A stretch of DNA of 64,000 bases from Alphaproteobacteria bacterium (GCA_965227515.1 CBDDFZ010000001.1:2304001-2368000); one strand, 5' to 3'; positions 8,556-17,810 are shown, counted from the stretch's first letter. Translations and numbers: made by a program. The notes: a model not told the origin generated them from the letters alone.

Positions 8556-9184
8556 AGCTGGATTCGACCGGCATCGCCACCTGGCGCGTGCTGCCCATCC
8601 TGGAGGTCGGCAACGGCCTGTTCAGCGCGGCGATCTTCTTGGTCGCGCACTATGTGGCGGAGAACCCGATCTGGCTGGCCGCACTCCTGGGCCTGGCGAC
8701 CTGGGGCGGGTTCCGGCTGGCGTTCGGCACCGACCCCACGCTCTCCGACCTGTTGCCGCCGGTGGAGGGCATGTCGGCCGCACGGGCTTTGCAGATACTG
8801 GCCGAGGCACGGGCAAAGATTCAGCACATCGACAGCGCCAACGCCGAGATTCCGTGCCCGGAGCTGACCGAGCGCCTGCACCGCATCTGCGGGTCGGCCT
8901 CGCGCATCGTCGACCAGTTGCAGCAGGACCCGTCCGACCTGCGGCGCTCGCAGACGTTCCTGAACACATACCTGGACAGTGCGAGCAAGGTGGCGGCCAA
9001 GTACGCGCACCTGGACAGCCGCGGTGGCACCATTCACCTGGAGGAGCGGTTCGCCAACCTGCTCGGCACCATCGAGGACGCGTTCGACCGCCAGTACAAG
9101 CGCCTGCTCAGCGACGACCAGCTCGACCTCGACGTCGAGATCGAATTGCTGGAGAAGCAGATCACCCGCGAAGGGCTGGCCTGA
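8552..9184 (+). CDS. 5-bromo-4-chloroindolyl phosphate hydrolysis (XpaC) family protein
   Basis: ATGA overlap with upstream stop; two TM helices; DPSDLRRSQTFLNTYLDSASKVAAKY...LLSDDQLDLDVEIELL. Confidence 0.85.
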   Translation: MKLDSTGIATWRVLPILEVGNGLFSAAIFLVAHYVAENPIWLAALLGLATWGGFRLAFGTDPTLSDLLPPVEGMSAARALQILAEARAKIQHIDSANAEIPCPELTERLHRICGSASRIVDQLQQDPSDLRRSQTFLNTYLDSASKVAAKYAHLDSRGGTIHLEERFANLLGTIEDAFDRQYKRLLSDDQLDLDVEIELLEKQITREGLA

Positions 9185-9343
9185 GCGCGGGCATGTGCCC
9201 ATGTGGTTGCTGTCCATCGGTGTGTGGCTATATGGCATTTTGCCATTTGGTAGAATGAATCTTGGTGAACAAGCGCAATTTGAGGTGTGTTGCATTTATT
9301 GAATTAACAACAAATCAAGCCAAATATAAACCAGATTGCAGCC

Positions 9344-10543
9344 ATGAAAATATCTTCACCACCAGTTGTGTATCTTGATTCTCAGGATTACTCAAGATTC
9401 GGTGATGTATTGAGAGGCAAAGCGGATTCGGCCACCGAAAGTTTGTTTGAGTCGCTAGAAGCGCGAAAGCAGGGCGGTGACGTCATTTTTGCTGTTTCAA
9501 TGCCGATTCTTAGTGAATTATTGCAGTATAATTCCAATTTTCGTGAAACCACGATCAGGAAGGCAGAGGCGGTCGACCGACTATGTGGTAAATGGGCTCT
9601 TGCATATCCATCCCGATTAGTCGCAGCTGAGATCGCTACCGAAGTGAATGCGCGTGGCCTTGCCTCGGTTTCGATGCCCCCTCCGGTATTGTCTGATAAT
9701 CGATATTGGTATCCAAATATATCTGATACTTTTGCCGACTTGGAAAAGAGGTTCAAAGGCGACCTGGATGCCCACATGGCTTCGACTTCGTTTCCATCTA
9801 GGGCTATTAGAAGAGCCGCGCATAGTAGATTTCGAAAACTCAACATTCCTCGGATGGCGAGCGCTGCCGCTCCTTTGTTGGCGGATAAATATGGTTTGCC
9901 CAAGGAAGCAATAACCGGGTCTATCGTAGCCCTACTGCGCGGAAAAACAACCCCAGCGGAGGCTAGTGAGTGTTTTTTTGGTGCAATTGCCAAACCGCAA
10001 AATTTTGTTGAAACCTATTTTGAGAGAACTAATAATGAAAAATCTTTGCCTGATTGGATGAAAAATTTTGGAAATAGTTTTGAGAAGATATTTACGCAGA
10101 TGCGCGACAACATTCTTGAACTGAAGAAGATTGATGATGTCGATCATTATATTGACTCTTTTGTGTCGAGTCAAAGTTCTAGACTTCACAATGTGATCTT
10201 GGATTTCGGCAGATCAGACTTCCTAGAATGTGGGATTAATAAGAATATTGAAGAGATTATTAAAGGCAGTTCTGATTTTCTTGAGCATGTTCCATCATGC
10301 AATATCTTTTCGAGGATTATTCCAGGATATATAAGACAAATTGCTGGGATGGAGGGAGGCGCCGCAAAAGTTGAGCGAAGCTTTGGGGGAGATGTAATTC
10401 ACGCGCTTTATGCTAAACATGTTCATCTTTGGCGAGGAGATAGGAGATTTTCCCATCTATTAAAAAAGACAAACCCTGACCTTAGTGAAAAAGTTGTATC
10501 TAAACTGTCGGAACTACCTGCAGCTATTGATAATTTTAGTTGA
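9344..10543 (+). CDS. AT-rich hypothetical protein, possible PIN-like nuclease domain
   Basis: 399-aa ORF in an AT-rich block; VYLDSQD, SMPILSE, GDVIHALY...WRGDRRF match the PIN acidic-residue layout. Confidence 0.55.
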   Translation: MKISSPPVVYLDSQDYSRFGDVLRGKADSATESLFESLEARKQGGDVIFAVSMPILSELLQYNSNFRETTIRKAEAVDRLCGKWALAYPSRLVAAEIATEVNARGLASVSMPPPVLSDNRYWYPNISDTFADLEKRFKGDLDAHMASTSFPSRAIRRAAHSRFRKLNIPRMASAAAPLLADKYGLPKEAITGSIVALLRGKTTPAEASECFFGAIAKPQNFVETYFERTNNEKSLPDWMKNFGNSFEKIFTQMRDNILELKKIDDVDHYIDSFVSSQSSRLHNVILDFGRSDFLECGINKNIEEIIKGSSDFLEHVPSCNIFSRIIPGYIRQIAGMEGGAAKVERSFGGDVIHALYAKHVHLWRGDRRFSHLLKKTNPDLSEKVVSKLSELPAAIDNFS

Positions 10544-10677
10544 TAGGCAGTCTCGAAATCCAAATGTCAAAATGTTCGGTCCAGATTTCTGTAGATGGTG
10601 GCTAGGCTGGCTTGCGCTATGGGGCGTATCGGCGTTGCAGACATATCCGCCGTTCTATTTATTATTCGAACTCTTTG

Positions 10678-12156
10678 TCATTGATCGAAATAGGCTGCGG
10701 CGCCGGCGTGCAGCGGTATGTCGATGCCCTCTCGCGCGTGGCTGACGGAGATGCGGGTGCCCTGCAGGCTGCCGAGGTTGAGGAAGTTCATTTCCTCGAA
10801 GGTCGCGGTCAGCAGGGCGGCCACTTCGGCGTCAGGCATCGACTTGAGCGCAACCATCAGCGCGGTTGCCGTCACCGTTTGCACAGGCGCGTCCTGGCGG
10901 TGGTAGCTGCCACGCGGAATCGCATAGACCAGCAGTCCGGGTAACTCCGCGGCCACGGCTTCGGCGATCGCGGTGTCCAGGGCGACCAGCCGCGCGTCGT
11001 GGGTCGCCATGAAATCGCGGATCACGCTCGCCGAGACACCGATTGTCGCGAACACGGCATCGGTCTCGCCACGCGCCAGCGCGGACAGCGCCTCCGGCAG
11101 CGCGCGCCCCTCCACGCCCGCCAGGTTTGAATCGTCCAGGCCGTGAGCGCCGAGAATCGCCAGCGCGTTGCCGCGCGTGCCGGACCCGAGCGGGCCAATG
11201 TCGACCCTGCGTCCCATCATGTCGGCGACCGTGTCGATGCCGGACTCCGCCAGGACAACGACATGCACCGGCTCCGGGTACAGTGTCGCCAGCGCCCTCA
11301 GGTCCTCCATCGGCCCATCTCCGGCAAACGGGCCTTCGCCGCGATACGCCTGTCCGGCGACGTCGCTCTGTATCAGCGCCACGTCGGCCTCGCCGCTGGC
11401 CAGCACGCGCGCATTCTCCACCGAGCCATTGGTCACCCGGTTCGCCACCCGGATGCCGCGCCTGTTCAGAAACCGGACGTAGGCGCGGGCGAGCTGCCAG
11501 TACTCGCCCGATAGCGGTCCGCTGGCCACGACGTAGAGCGCGTTGATCCGTTCGAGCCGCTGCTGAATGTTCCACCACGCCGCTTCGAGTTCGGATGCCA
11601 CGACGGTGCCTTCGGGTCCGGTCAGGTCGAGGTCCGGGTCCTGCATCATCGCGCCGATCTGGTCGAGCAGCGCGACGGCGCGGCTGGGTGCGGCGACATT
11701 GTCGAACGGGCCGGGCGCCATCTCCTCCTCGGCACCGACATAGGCCAGGGGCGCCCAGGTGCCGTCGCTCAGGCGATACCGCATCGAGCCGTGGACTTGC
11801 AGGCTGTCCCCCGTGGCATTGCCGTCCCGCGCGATGCCGAACAGCCCATGCTCGGCCGCGCCCAGAAGGTCGGCCAAGGCGGCGATGCCAGGGCTGTCCC
11901 AGGCGGCGAGGTCGTAGTCGCGCGTCAGCGTCAATTCGGCGTCGAAGTAGAGGATGGCGGCCTCTTCGCCATTGACGCTTGCCTCCGGCGCGCTGCCGGC
12001 CCGGCGCAGCCAGGCCAATTCGAACAGCCCCGATGCGAAGCCATCGAGCCGCGCCTGCAAGTCGTCAGCCAGTTGCGCCTCGTCGGGCCCGCGCGCGCAG
12101 CCGGCGACCGCGATTGCCGCGAGGAGCATGATCACAAAGGTCCGCAACATCGCCAT
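10678..12156 (-). CDS. TAXI-family solute-binding lipoprotein with an extra N-terminal domain
   Basis: Lipobox AVAGC; ASGPLSGEY, TNGSVEN, ALIQSD, LYPEPVHVV, GPLGSGT, IPLHAGA TAXI motifs; TGATG overlap with the gltS stop. Confidence 0.88.
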   Translation of the reverse strand: MAMLRTFVIMLLAAIAVAGCARGPDEAQLADDLQARLDGFASGLFELAWLRRAGSAPEASVNGEEAAILYFDAELTLTRDYDLAAWDSPGIAALADLLGAAEHGLFGIARDGNATGDSLQVHGSMRYRLSDGTWAPLAYVGAEEEMAPGPFDNVAAPSRAVALLDQIGAMMQDPDLDLTGPEGTVVASELEAAWWNIQQRLERINALYVVASGPLSGEYWQLARAYVRFLNRRGIRVANRVTNGSVENARVLASGEADVALIQSDVAGQAYRGEGPFAGDGPMEDLRALATLYPEPVHVVVLAESGIDTVADMMGRRVDIGPLGSGTRGNALAILGAHGLDDSNLAGVEGRALPEALSALARGETDAVFATIGVSASVIRDFMATHDARLVALDTAIAEAVAAELPGLLVYAIPRGSYHRQDAPVQTVTATALMVALKSMPDAEVAALLTATFEEMNFLNLGSLQGTRISVSHAREGIDIPLHAGAAAYFDQ

Positions 12157-13367
12157 CACGGGAACCCGAACAGCGGCAAGGCCATGTAGCCGCTGAGCAC
12201 CAGTGCGTTGACGAGGTCGATGAAGAAGGCCCCCGTCAGCGGAATGACGATGAACGCCGCGGGCGACGGCCCGTAGCGGCGGGTGACGGCCTGCATGTTG
12301 GCGACCGCGGTCGGCGTCGCCCCCATCCCGAACCCGCAATGGCCGCCGCTGATCACCGCCGCGTCGTAATCGCGGCCCATCAGGCGGAAGGTCACGAAGC
12401 CGGCGAACAGTACCATGGTCGCGGTCTGGGCGGCGAGCACCGCCAGCAGCGGCCCGGCCAGGCTCGCCAGTTCCCACAGCCTGAGCGCCATCAGGGACAT
12501 CGCGAGAAACAGCGACAGCGAGACCGACCCGACCAGATCGACGCTCGGCATGTGCGGGCGGGCGTGGCCGACGGCATCGGCCAGGTTTCGGATGGCGACG
12601 CCGATCAGCAGTGCCCAGACGAAGGAGGGCAGGGTGAAGCTGCTTTCGGCGAACAGCCCGGCCAGCAAGGTTCCCAGCGACAGGCACAGCGCGATGACGA
12701 AGATCGTCCACAGCAGGGTATTCGGCGAGACCTCCATGCTGTCGGCCTCGCCGGTGTCGCCGGCCGCGTCGTCCGCGCCTTCGGCCTCTTCGGGCGCGAG
12801 GTTGCGCCGCGCGATCAGCCACTGCGACAGAGGACCGCCGATCAAGCCGCCGATGATCAGCCCGAAGGTCGCGGAGGCCATTGCGAGTTCCATGGCGCCG
12901 CGCAGGTTCTGCACGTCGGCGAAACGCTCGGCATACGCCGCCCCGGTGCCGTGTCCGCCGGACAGCGTGATCGAGCTGGAAAGCAGCCCGACCAGCGGAT
13001 GCAGGTCCAGCATCAGCGCGGCACCGATGCCGATGGCATTCTGCGCCACCAGGAACAGGGCGGCGGCGACCAGGAACAGCGCCAGTCGAGCACCGCCGTG
13101 GGCCAGCCGCTTGAGGTCGGCGCCCAGGCCGATGGTGATGAAGAACGCCATCATCAAGGGGCTTCTGAGCCCCATGTCGAAGACGATTTCGACGTCGGCC
13201 GCCAGGAACAGCACCGTCGTCAGTATGGCGAACACCAGGCCACCGACCACCGGCACCGGGATGTTGAAGTGCTCCAGCGGCCTAATGCGGCGCCGGACCA
13301 GCACGCCGACGAACAGGACGGCGATGGCGACAACCAGCGTCTGTATGGGATCGAGATCGAAGTGCAT
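12156..13367 (-). CDS. gltS: Sodium/glutamate symporter
   Basis: NIPVPVVGG, ITLSGGHGTGAAY, GHCGFGMGATPTAVANMQAVT, AFFIDLVNA. Confidence 0.93.
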   Translation of the reverse strand: MHFDLDPIQTLVVAIAVLFVGVLVRRRIRPLEHFNIPVPVVGGLVFAILTTVLFLAADVEIVFDMGLRSPLMMAFFITIGLGADLKRLAHGGARLALFLVAAALFLVAQNAIGIGAALMLDLHPLVGLLSSSITLSGGHGTGAAYAERFADVQNLRGAMELAMASATFGLIIGGLIGGPLSQWLIARRNLAPEEAEGADDAAGDTGEADSMEVSPNTLLWTIFVIALCLSLGTLLAGLFAESSFTLPSFVWALLIGVAIRNLADAVGHARPHMPSVDLVGSVSLSLFLAMSLMALRLWELASLAGPLLAVLAAQTATMVLFAGFVTFRLMGRDYDAAVISGGHCGFGMGATPTAVANMQAVTRRYGPSPAAFIVIPLTGAFFIDLVNALVLSGYMALPLFGFP

Positions 13368-13374
13368 GCGGGGT

Positions 13375-14880
13375 CTACCGGCCCTGCGCCTGTGTCGCCA
13401 TTTCGTCCATCACCCAGGCTTCCAGGGCGGCGGTGTCGGAGATTTCGCCCTGCCAGGGCTCGGGCGGTAGAAATGGCTGCTCCGCGTTTTCGCCGCGCGC
13501 CATGAACGCCTTGGTCGAGAATCCCAGCACGGCCCAGCCGGACGGCAACGGCACCTGCCGCAGCTCGCCATAGAGACCGTGGGCGCGGGTCGGCCAGCCG
13601 ATCTGTTCCGCGCGCGGGTAGAGCAGCACCAGGTCGATGAACAGCAGCGCGGAACTGAAGGCGTTGCCGTCGGTCAGCGCGAAGACGCGGCCGTCATAGG
13701 CCGGGTCTGGGAGCTCTGTCCGCCCCGTCGCGGGTTGGCCGCCGCCCAGCATCGCCAGGTCCTCGCCGTTCGCTAGGGCGGCGTCGATGGCGGCGATCAG
13801 GCCGTCGAGATAGGCGATGGTGCCGGCGTTGCCGCCGTTGCCGACAAGGCGCGTGCGAAAATTCACGAACCAGTCGCGGTTGCCGGCCGAGGCGCGCACC
13901 AGGTCTGGCGCCTCGCCCCGGGCGCCGGCAGCACGTTGCGCGTTCACCCAGTCCAGGCCGAGCAGGGCGGCGGCGAAACCGTCGGCCATGAACGAGCTGC
14001 CGCCGCTGTTGCCGCGCAGGTCGAACACGACGTATGGCGCCGACCGGCCTGCCTCCAGCGCCGCGCCGATGGGCGTCGCCATGTCCTGGGTCAGGACGCC
14101 GGGGTCGAAGCTGGGCAGCGACACCCACAGCCCGCCGTCGGGCAGGGTGCGCGCGCCGGCCTGCGGCGGCGTGCCGAAAGCGGCGGCGTTCGCGTCCTCC
14201 CACAGGTCGCGCATCGAGACCTCGTACCAGGGGAGCGGCACCGGCGCGTCGCTGGGCGCACCGTCGAACACACACGCTTCAGGCCGGACGAACCCCGGCT
14301 GGCCCTGGTCGACGAACAGGTAGGGGCCGTGCCGCCCCCAGTCCGCCGGCTGGGCCGGGTCGCCGACGGTGGCGAAGATGTTGGCGGCAGCGAGCTCCTC
14401 CGGCGTCATCCCATCGCAGGAGACCAGCAGCCAGCCGTTCTTGACCGGGCCGAAGAACGGTGCGCCGCGCACCTCGAACCTGCCATTGCGCCAGGCGGTG
14501 ATGAAGCCGGGATAAGCCGTTTGCGCACGCGGCGCGGAATTCCACTCCGGGTGGTCGCGCGCACCCCACACGCTCAGATGATGGTCGGGCAGCGCGTTGA
14601 CGTAGGCCGAGAGCAGGTAGATGTAGCCCGACAGATCGTCGATGTTGGCCGCCATGCGCTCGGCCGCGGGCAGGGTGTCGTCCAGCAGGGCGGCGAAGCC
14701 AGGGTCCAGTGCCGGGCCGGGGTGGCTCTCGGCGACCATGTCGTGGATGAAGCGCAAGTCCTCTGTCGCGCGCTCCGGCCAGGGGTTGTCTGCCGAGGCC
14801 GGCGCGGCGACCGCATTTAGCCCGAACATGACCGCGGCGCATTTGGGCCAGCCAGCCGCAACTCGTTGGTTCCAGGCCAT
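13375..14880 (-). CDS. Secreted S41-family peptidase-like protein
   Basis: AGGGGG RBS; signal peptide; HPG, DHHL, FDLRGNSGG and LTDGNAFSSA (catalytic Ser) motifs. Confidence 0.75.
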   Translation of the reverse strand: MAWNQRVAAGWPKCAAVMFGLNAVAAPASADNPWPERATEDLRFIHDMVAESHPGPALDPGFAALLDDTLPAAERMAANIDDLSGYIYLLSAYVNALPDHHLSVWGARDHPEWNSAPRAQTAYPGFITAWRNGRFEVRGAPFFGPVKNGWLLVSCDGMTPEELAAANIFATVGDPAQPADWGRHGPYLFVDQGQPGFVRPEACVFDGAPSDAPVPLPWYEVSMRDLWEDANAAAFGTPPQAGARTLPDGGLWVSLPSFDPGVLTQDMATPIGAALEAGRSAPYVVFDLRGNSGGSSFMADGFAAALLGLDWVNAQRAAGARGEAPDLVRASAGNRDWFVNFRTRLVGNGGNAGTIAYLDGLIAAIDAALANGEDLAMLGGGQPATGRTELPDPAYDGRVFALTDGNAFSSALLFIDLVLLYPRAEQIGWPTRAHGLYGELRQVPLPSGWAVLGFSTKAFMARGENAEQPFLPPEPWQGEISDTAALEAWVMDEMATQAQGR

Positions 14881-15010
14881 GTTCGAACATTCCCCCTTGA
14901 GACGCGGCTTGGTCGCGACATTGTACATTGTCAGGACCCACTTGGATGAACTTGATGGGACGACGGTGCGACTAAGTCGAGATGCAGAAGTCGACCGGGA
15001 GAGGTGCGAG

Positions 15011-16717
15011 ATGAGCCTGACTGTCCGCCTGCAAGCCATTCTGCCGCTGATGCTTGGCCCCGTGGCGCTTGTTGTGGCGCTTGTCATGGTGCTTGTTGTG
15101 GCGCTGGGTGCGACAGAAGCCCGCGCCGACTTCGGCGACTGTGCGGCATCCGGCTATCTCTATTCGGTGGACGACCGCATGAGCGGGATCGCGCTGGATT
15201 GCGACGAGGCAGTGCGCTTCACCATCGCCACGCCGCTCGGCACCCGCAATGTGCGCATCATCTACGACACCGGCGACTTGCGCGCCGGCCTGCCGGACCA
15301 GATAGCGACCCTGCGCCGCGCCATCGAGCAGTCCGCCGCGGCCCTGCGCGCCATTGGCGAGGGCGGCACCAACGACATCACGATCTGGGCTTCGAACCTG
15401 CCTGTGCAGCGTACGCCCACCGGCGACGTGGAAGGCGAGGCCGGTCGCGTCGGCGACGAATGCGTGATCGCGGCCTACGAGGCGCCGAATATCGAATGGG
15501 TGATGGCGCACGAGTTCTTCCACTGCGTGCAGTTCGCCACCTTCGGGCGCGACAAGGTCTATATGTCCGCCAGCTCCTGGTGGGTCGAAGGAGCGGCCGA
15601 GTGGTTCGCCAATGTGGTGCATCCCGGCACCGGCAACAGCGACGGCTATGTGTCCGGCTTCGATGCCGCGACCAACCGGACCGCGCTGACCGACCTGGAG
15701 TACGAGTCCGTCGTGTTCTTCTTCTGGCTGTCGCAGACCTATGGCGCCAGCATGGTGATGGCGGTACAGGCGGCCATGCCATCGGGCGGTGGCGGCGGCG
15801 CGCAGCAGGACGCCCTGGCGGGCATGCTGCCGCCCGAGGACTTCGCCCAGTTCGCGCAAGCCTATGCCGATCGAGAGATCAGGCAGCCCGGTGGCCGTGC
15901 GGTGCCGGTGAACCCCACGCCGGCCCACATCTATGTCTGGCAGGAAAGTGCGACCCGCGAGATCGAGACCGGCCGCTTCGTGCTGGTGTTCGAGCACCTG
16001 GAATTCGCCTGCGGCACCTGGAACATCGAGCGTGAGACCGACCGGGGCGAGTGGCACATCAGCCGTCGCGACGGGCCGTGGGAGGACATGCCGGAGCGTC
16101 TGGAGATCGACGAACCGGGGCCCGAGGTCATCCGCTTGACGGGCATGGCGGTCGCAGACCCGTCGTTCGCGGTGTCGATCCGGGCGGAGCGCAATGCCTG
16201 CGAGCAGTGCGGCACGCCGCGGCCCGACGATGACGTGATGTCCTGCCTGGTCGGCACCTGGAATCTGGTATCCGGCGGCTATGGCGAACAGATTCAGCAG
16301 TCGCTGGAGGCGACCGGCTTCTACGATTCCATCGAATACCCGGCGCTGGAGCCGATCCTGATCCTGTACGCCGACGGCACCTTCAGCATGCCGGCCAGCG
16401 ACGAGGACTACAATGCCGTCATCGTTCAGGACGACGGCGATGTGTTCCAGGGTATCGGGACGTTGTCATTGGAGTCGGGCGGTCACTGGTCGGTCGATGG
16501 CGACATCCTGCACACCTGCGAGGCCGGACCGCACCTGGCCGAGATCGACCTGACGATCATCGACCCCGAGGGTAACAGCGACAACCTCGTCACTGCGGGC
16601 AGCCCGCCGTCCGGCGGCGTGATGCGGTCGCGCGAGTTCACCTGTGCCGGGGGCCAGTTGGTGCTGATCGAGCGCGCGCCGTTCGTCGGCGACGTGACCT
16701 GGGTCTACAGCCGCTGA
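15011..16717 (+). CDS. Secreted HExxH (gluzincin-like) metallopeptidase-domain protein
   Basis: Signal peptide ending ARA; AHEFFHCVQ...WWVEGAAEW zinc motif; Cys-rich C-terminal beta domain. Confidence 0.65.
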   Translation: MSLTVRLQAILPLMLGPVALVVALVMVLVVALGATEARADFGDCAASGYLYSVDDRMSGIALDCDEAVRFTIATPLGTRNVRIIYDTGDLRAGLPDQIATLRRAIEQSAAALRAIGEGGTNDITIWASNLPVQRTPTGDVEGEAGRVGDECVIAAYEAPNIEWVMAHEFFHCVQFATFGRDKVYMSASSWWVEGAAEWFANVVHPGTGNSDGYVSGFDAATNRTALTDLEYESVVFFFWLSQTYGASMVMAVQAAMPSGGGGGAQQDALAGMLPPEDFAQFAQAYADREIRQPGGRAVPVNPTPAHIYVWQESATREIETGRFVLVFEHLEFACGTWNIERETDRGEWHISRRDGPWEDMPERLEIDEPGPEVIRLTGMAVADPSFAVSIRAERNACEQCGTPRPDDDVMSCLVGTWNLVSGGYGEQIQQSLEATGFYDSIEYPALEPILILYADGTFSMPASDEDYNAVIVQDDGDVFQGIGTLSLESGGHWSVDGDILHTCEAGPHLAEIDLTIIDPEGNSDNLVTAGSPPSGGVMRSREFTCAGGQLVLIERAPFVGDVTWVYSR

Positions 16718-16817
16718 TCGCCTGCGATTGTCGTCGAGCGTTATTGCACCAATTCTTGTGAACCAACCGGCGCCGCCGGACGACACCCTCAGTGAGTATT
16801 TTCTCAAGGAGGGACAG

Positions 16818-17445
16818 ATGTTTCGTAATATTTCACTTCGACGATTTGCAGGCCTGGGTGCGGCCATTGTCATGGCGACCGGCACGCTCGGCACACCGGC
16901 ACAAGCGGACCCGGCAATGCCATATCTCTGCGATGCCGGCTACGACCTGGGCCGCGCACATCTGCAGCAGCTTACAGGCCTGCATACGGTGGTGGTGCAT
17001 GGGATGCACGCCGTGTCGTCCATTCCGGACGCAACGGCCGGGCTGATGGCGTTCGGCCCACCAATCAACTACTACCCCATGGCGATCCGACTTTCCGTCG
17101 AGAACCAGTTGATCCTGGAGCCGGCGGGCCTCGCGCCGATCACTCTGCGCGACGCCCAGGGGGTCGGAATGGTTGAGTGAGGAGCAGTTCTTTGCCGATG
17201 GGATCGGCTTGAACGCACAGGCTGTGCGCAATATGACCGGGTGCAGCCCGCTGCAACTGCAACACGTCCTGGTTGGGCGAAACTACTATGAATTCCCCGA
17301 ACAGAACGCGGGATTGCGGGTCGACGTCAGCCTCTTGCCTGGCACGTACGGCGCGCTGTATGGCCACATGTATTTCCGGGTGGGCTACGACGATGGCGAG
17401 TGGCTCGAGGGATTGATGTACGTGGAGCTCGTACCGTCCGCCTAG
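16818..17445 (+). pseudogene. Secreted hypothetical protein split by a +1 frameshift (or sequencing error)
   Basis: AAGGAGG RBS, signal peptide ending AQA; removing one G from G5 at 17159-17163 joins ORFs 16818-17180 and 17173-17445. Confidence 0.55.
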
Positions 17446-17450
17446 ATCGT

Positions 17451-17550
17451 TTTTCGCCTACGCTCAGTCGCCACCAGCCCGCACCCCCACACGGCCGCCC
17501 AACGGTGGTATCCTGTCGGGGTGGCCGTTAGGGGTGCGGCCCGGCGCGGA
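17451..17550. repeat. About 100-bp hairpin-forming dispersed repeat, copy 1
   Basis: Core 17492-17527 is 30/36 identical to 46906-46941, and the flanks also align. Confidence 0.75.
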
Positions 17551-17678
17551 TTGACTGAAAAGCGCTCTCAGCAACAGGTATGGCGGCACGTTGCCGCCGA
17601 ACCTCGGACCATTCGGTCGATTGTCGGCACCACGCCCCGTGCCGGCGTACCAGGCAACATTACCCGTTTGTCAGCCGC

Positions 17679-17703
17679 GGAACCTTCGCCGTCCCGTCGC
17701 GTT
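17679..17703 (+). promoter_or_regulatory. Sigma-EcfG (general stress response) type promoter
   Basis: Exact GGAAC-N16-CGTT, ending 32 nt upstream of the ATG at 17736. Confidence 0.75.
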
Positions 17704-17735
17704 CATCTGACAGCCCGATCCCTGGAGGAGCTGTC

Positions 17736-17810
17736 ATGAATTCCATCATCTATCTCGTCGGCCTCGTGGTCATCGTGCTGGCCATCCTTTCGCTCCTGGG
17801 CCTGCACTGA
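17736..17810 (+). CDS. 24-aa single-TM small protein MNSIIYLVGLVVIVLAILSLLGLH
   Basis: GGAGGAG RBS, host-like codons, hydrophobic helix. Confidence 0.75.
   Translation: MNSIIYLVGLVVIVLAILSLLGLH

Noticed and set aside
9185-10677. AT-rich island as an IS or prophage remnant
   Set aside because: No transposase, integrase, terminal repeats or att-like duplication could be seen.
10678-12822. 714-aa ORF as a long TAXI fusion
   Set aside because: The first ~220 codons are an alternative frame of gltS; the real start with a lipoprotein signal is at 12156.
14642-15087. Overlapping head-to-head N-terminal extensions of the two peptidases
   Set aside because: Signal peptides and RBSs place the starts at 14880 (minus) and 15011 (plus), leaving a normal divergent gap.
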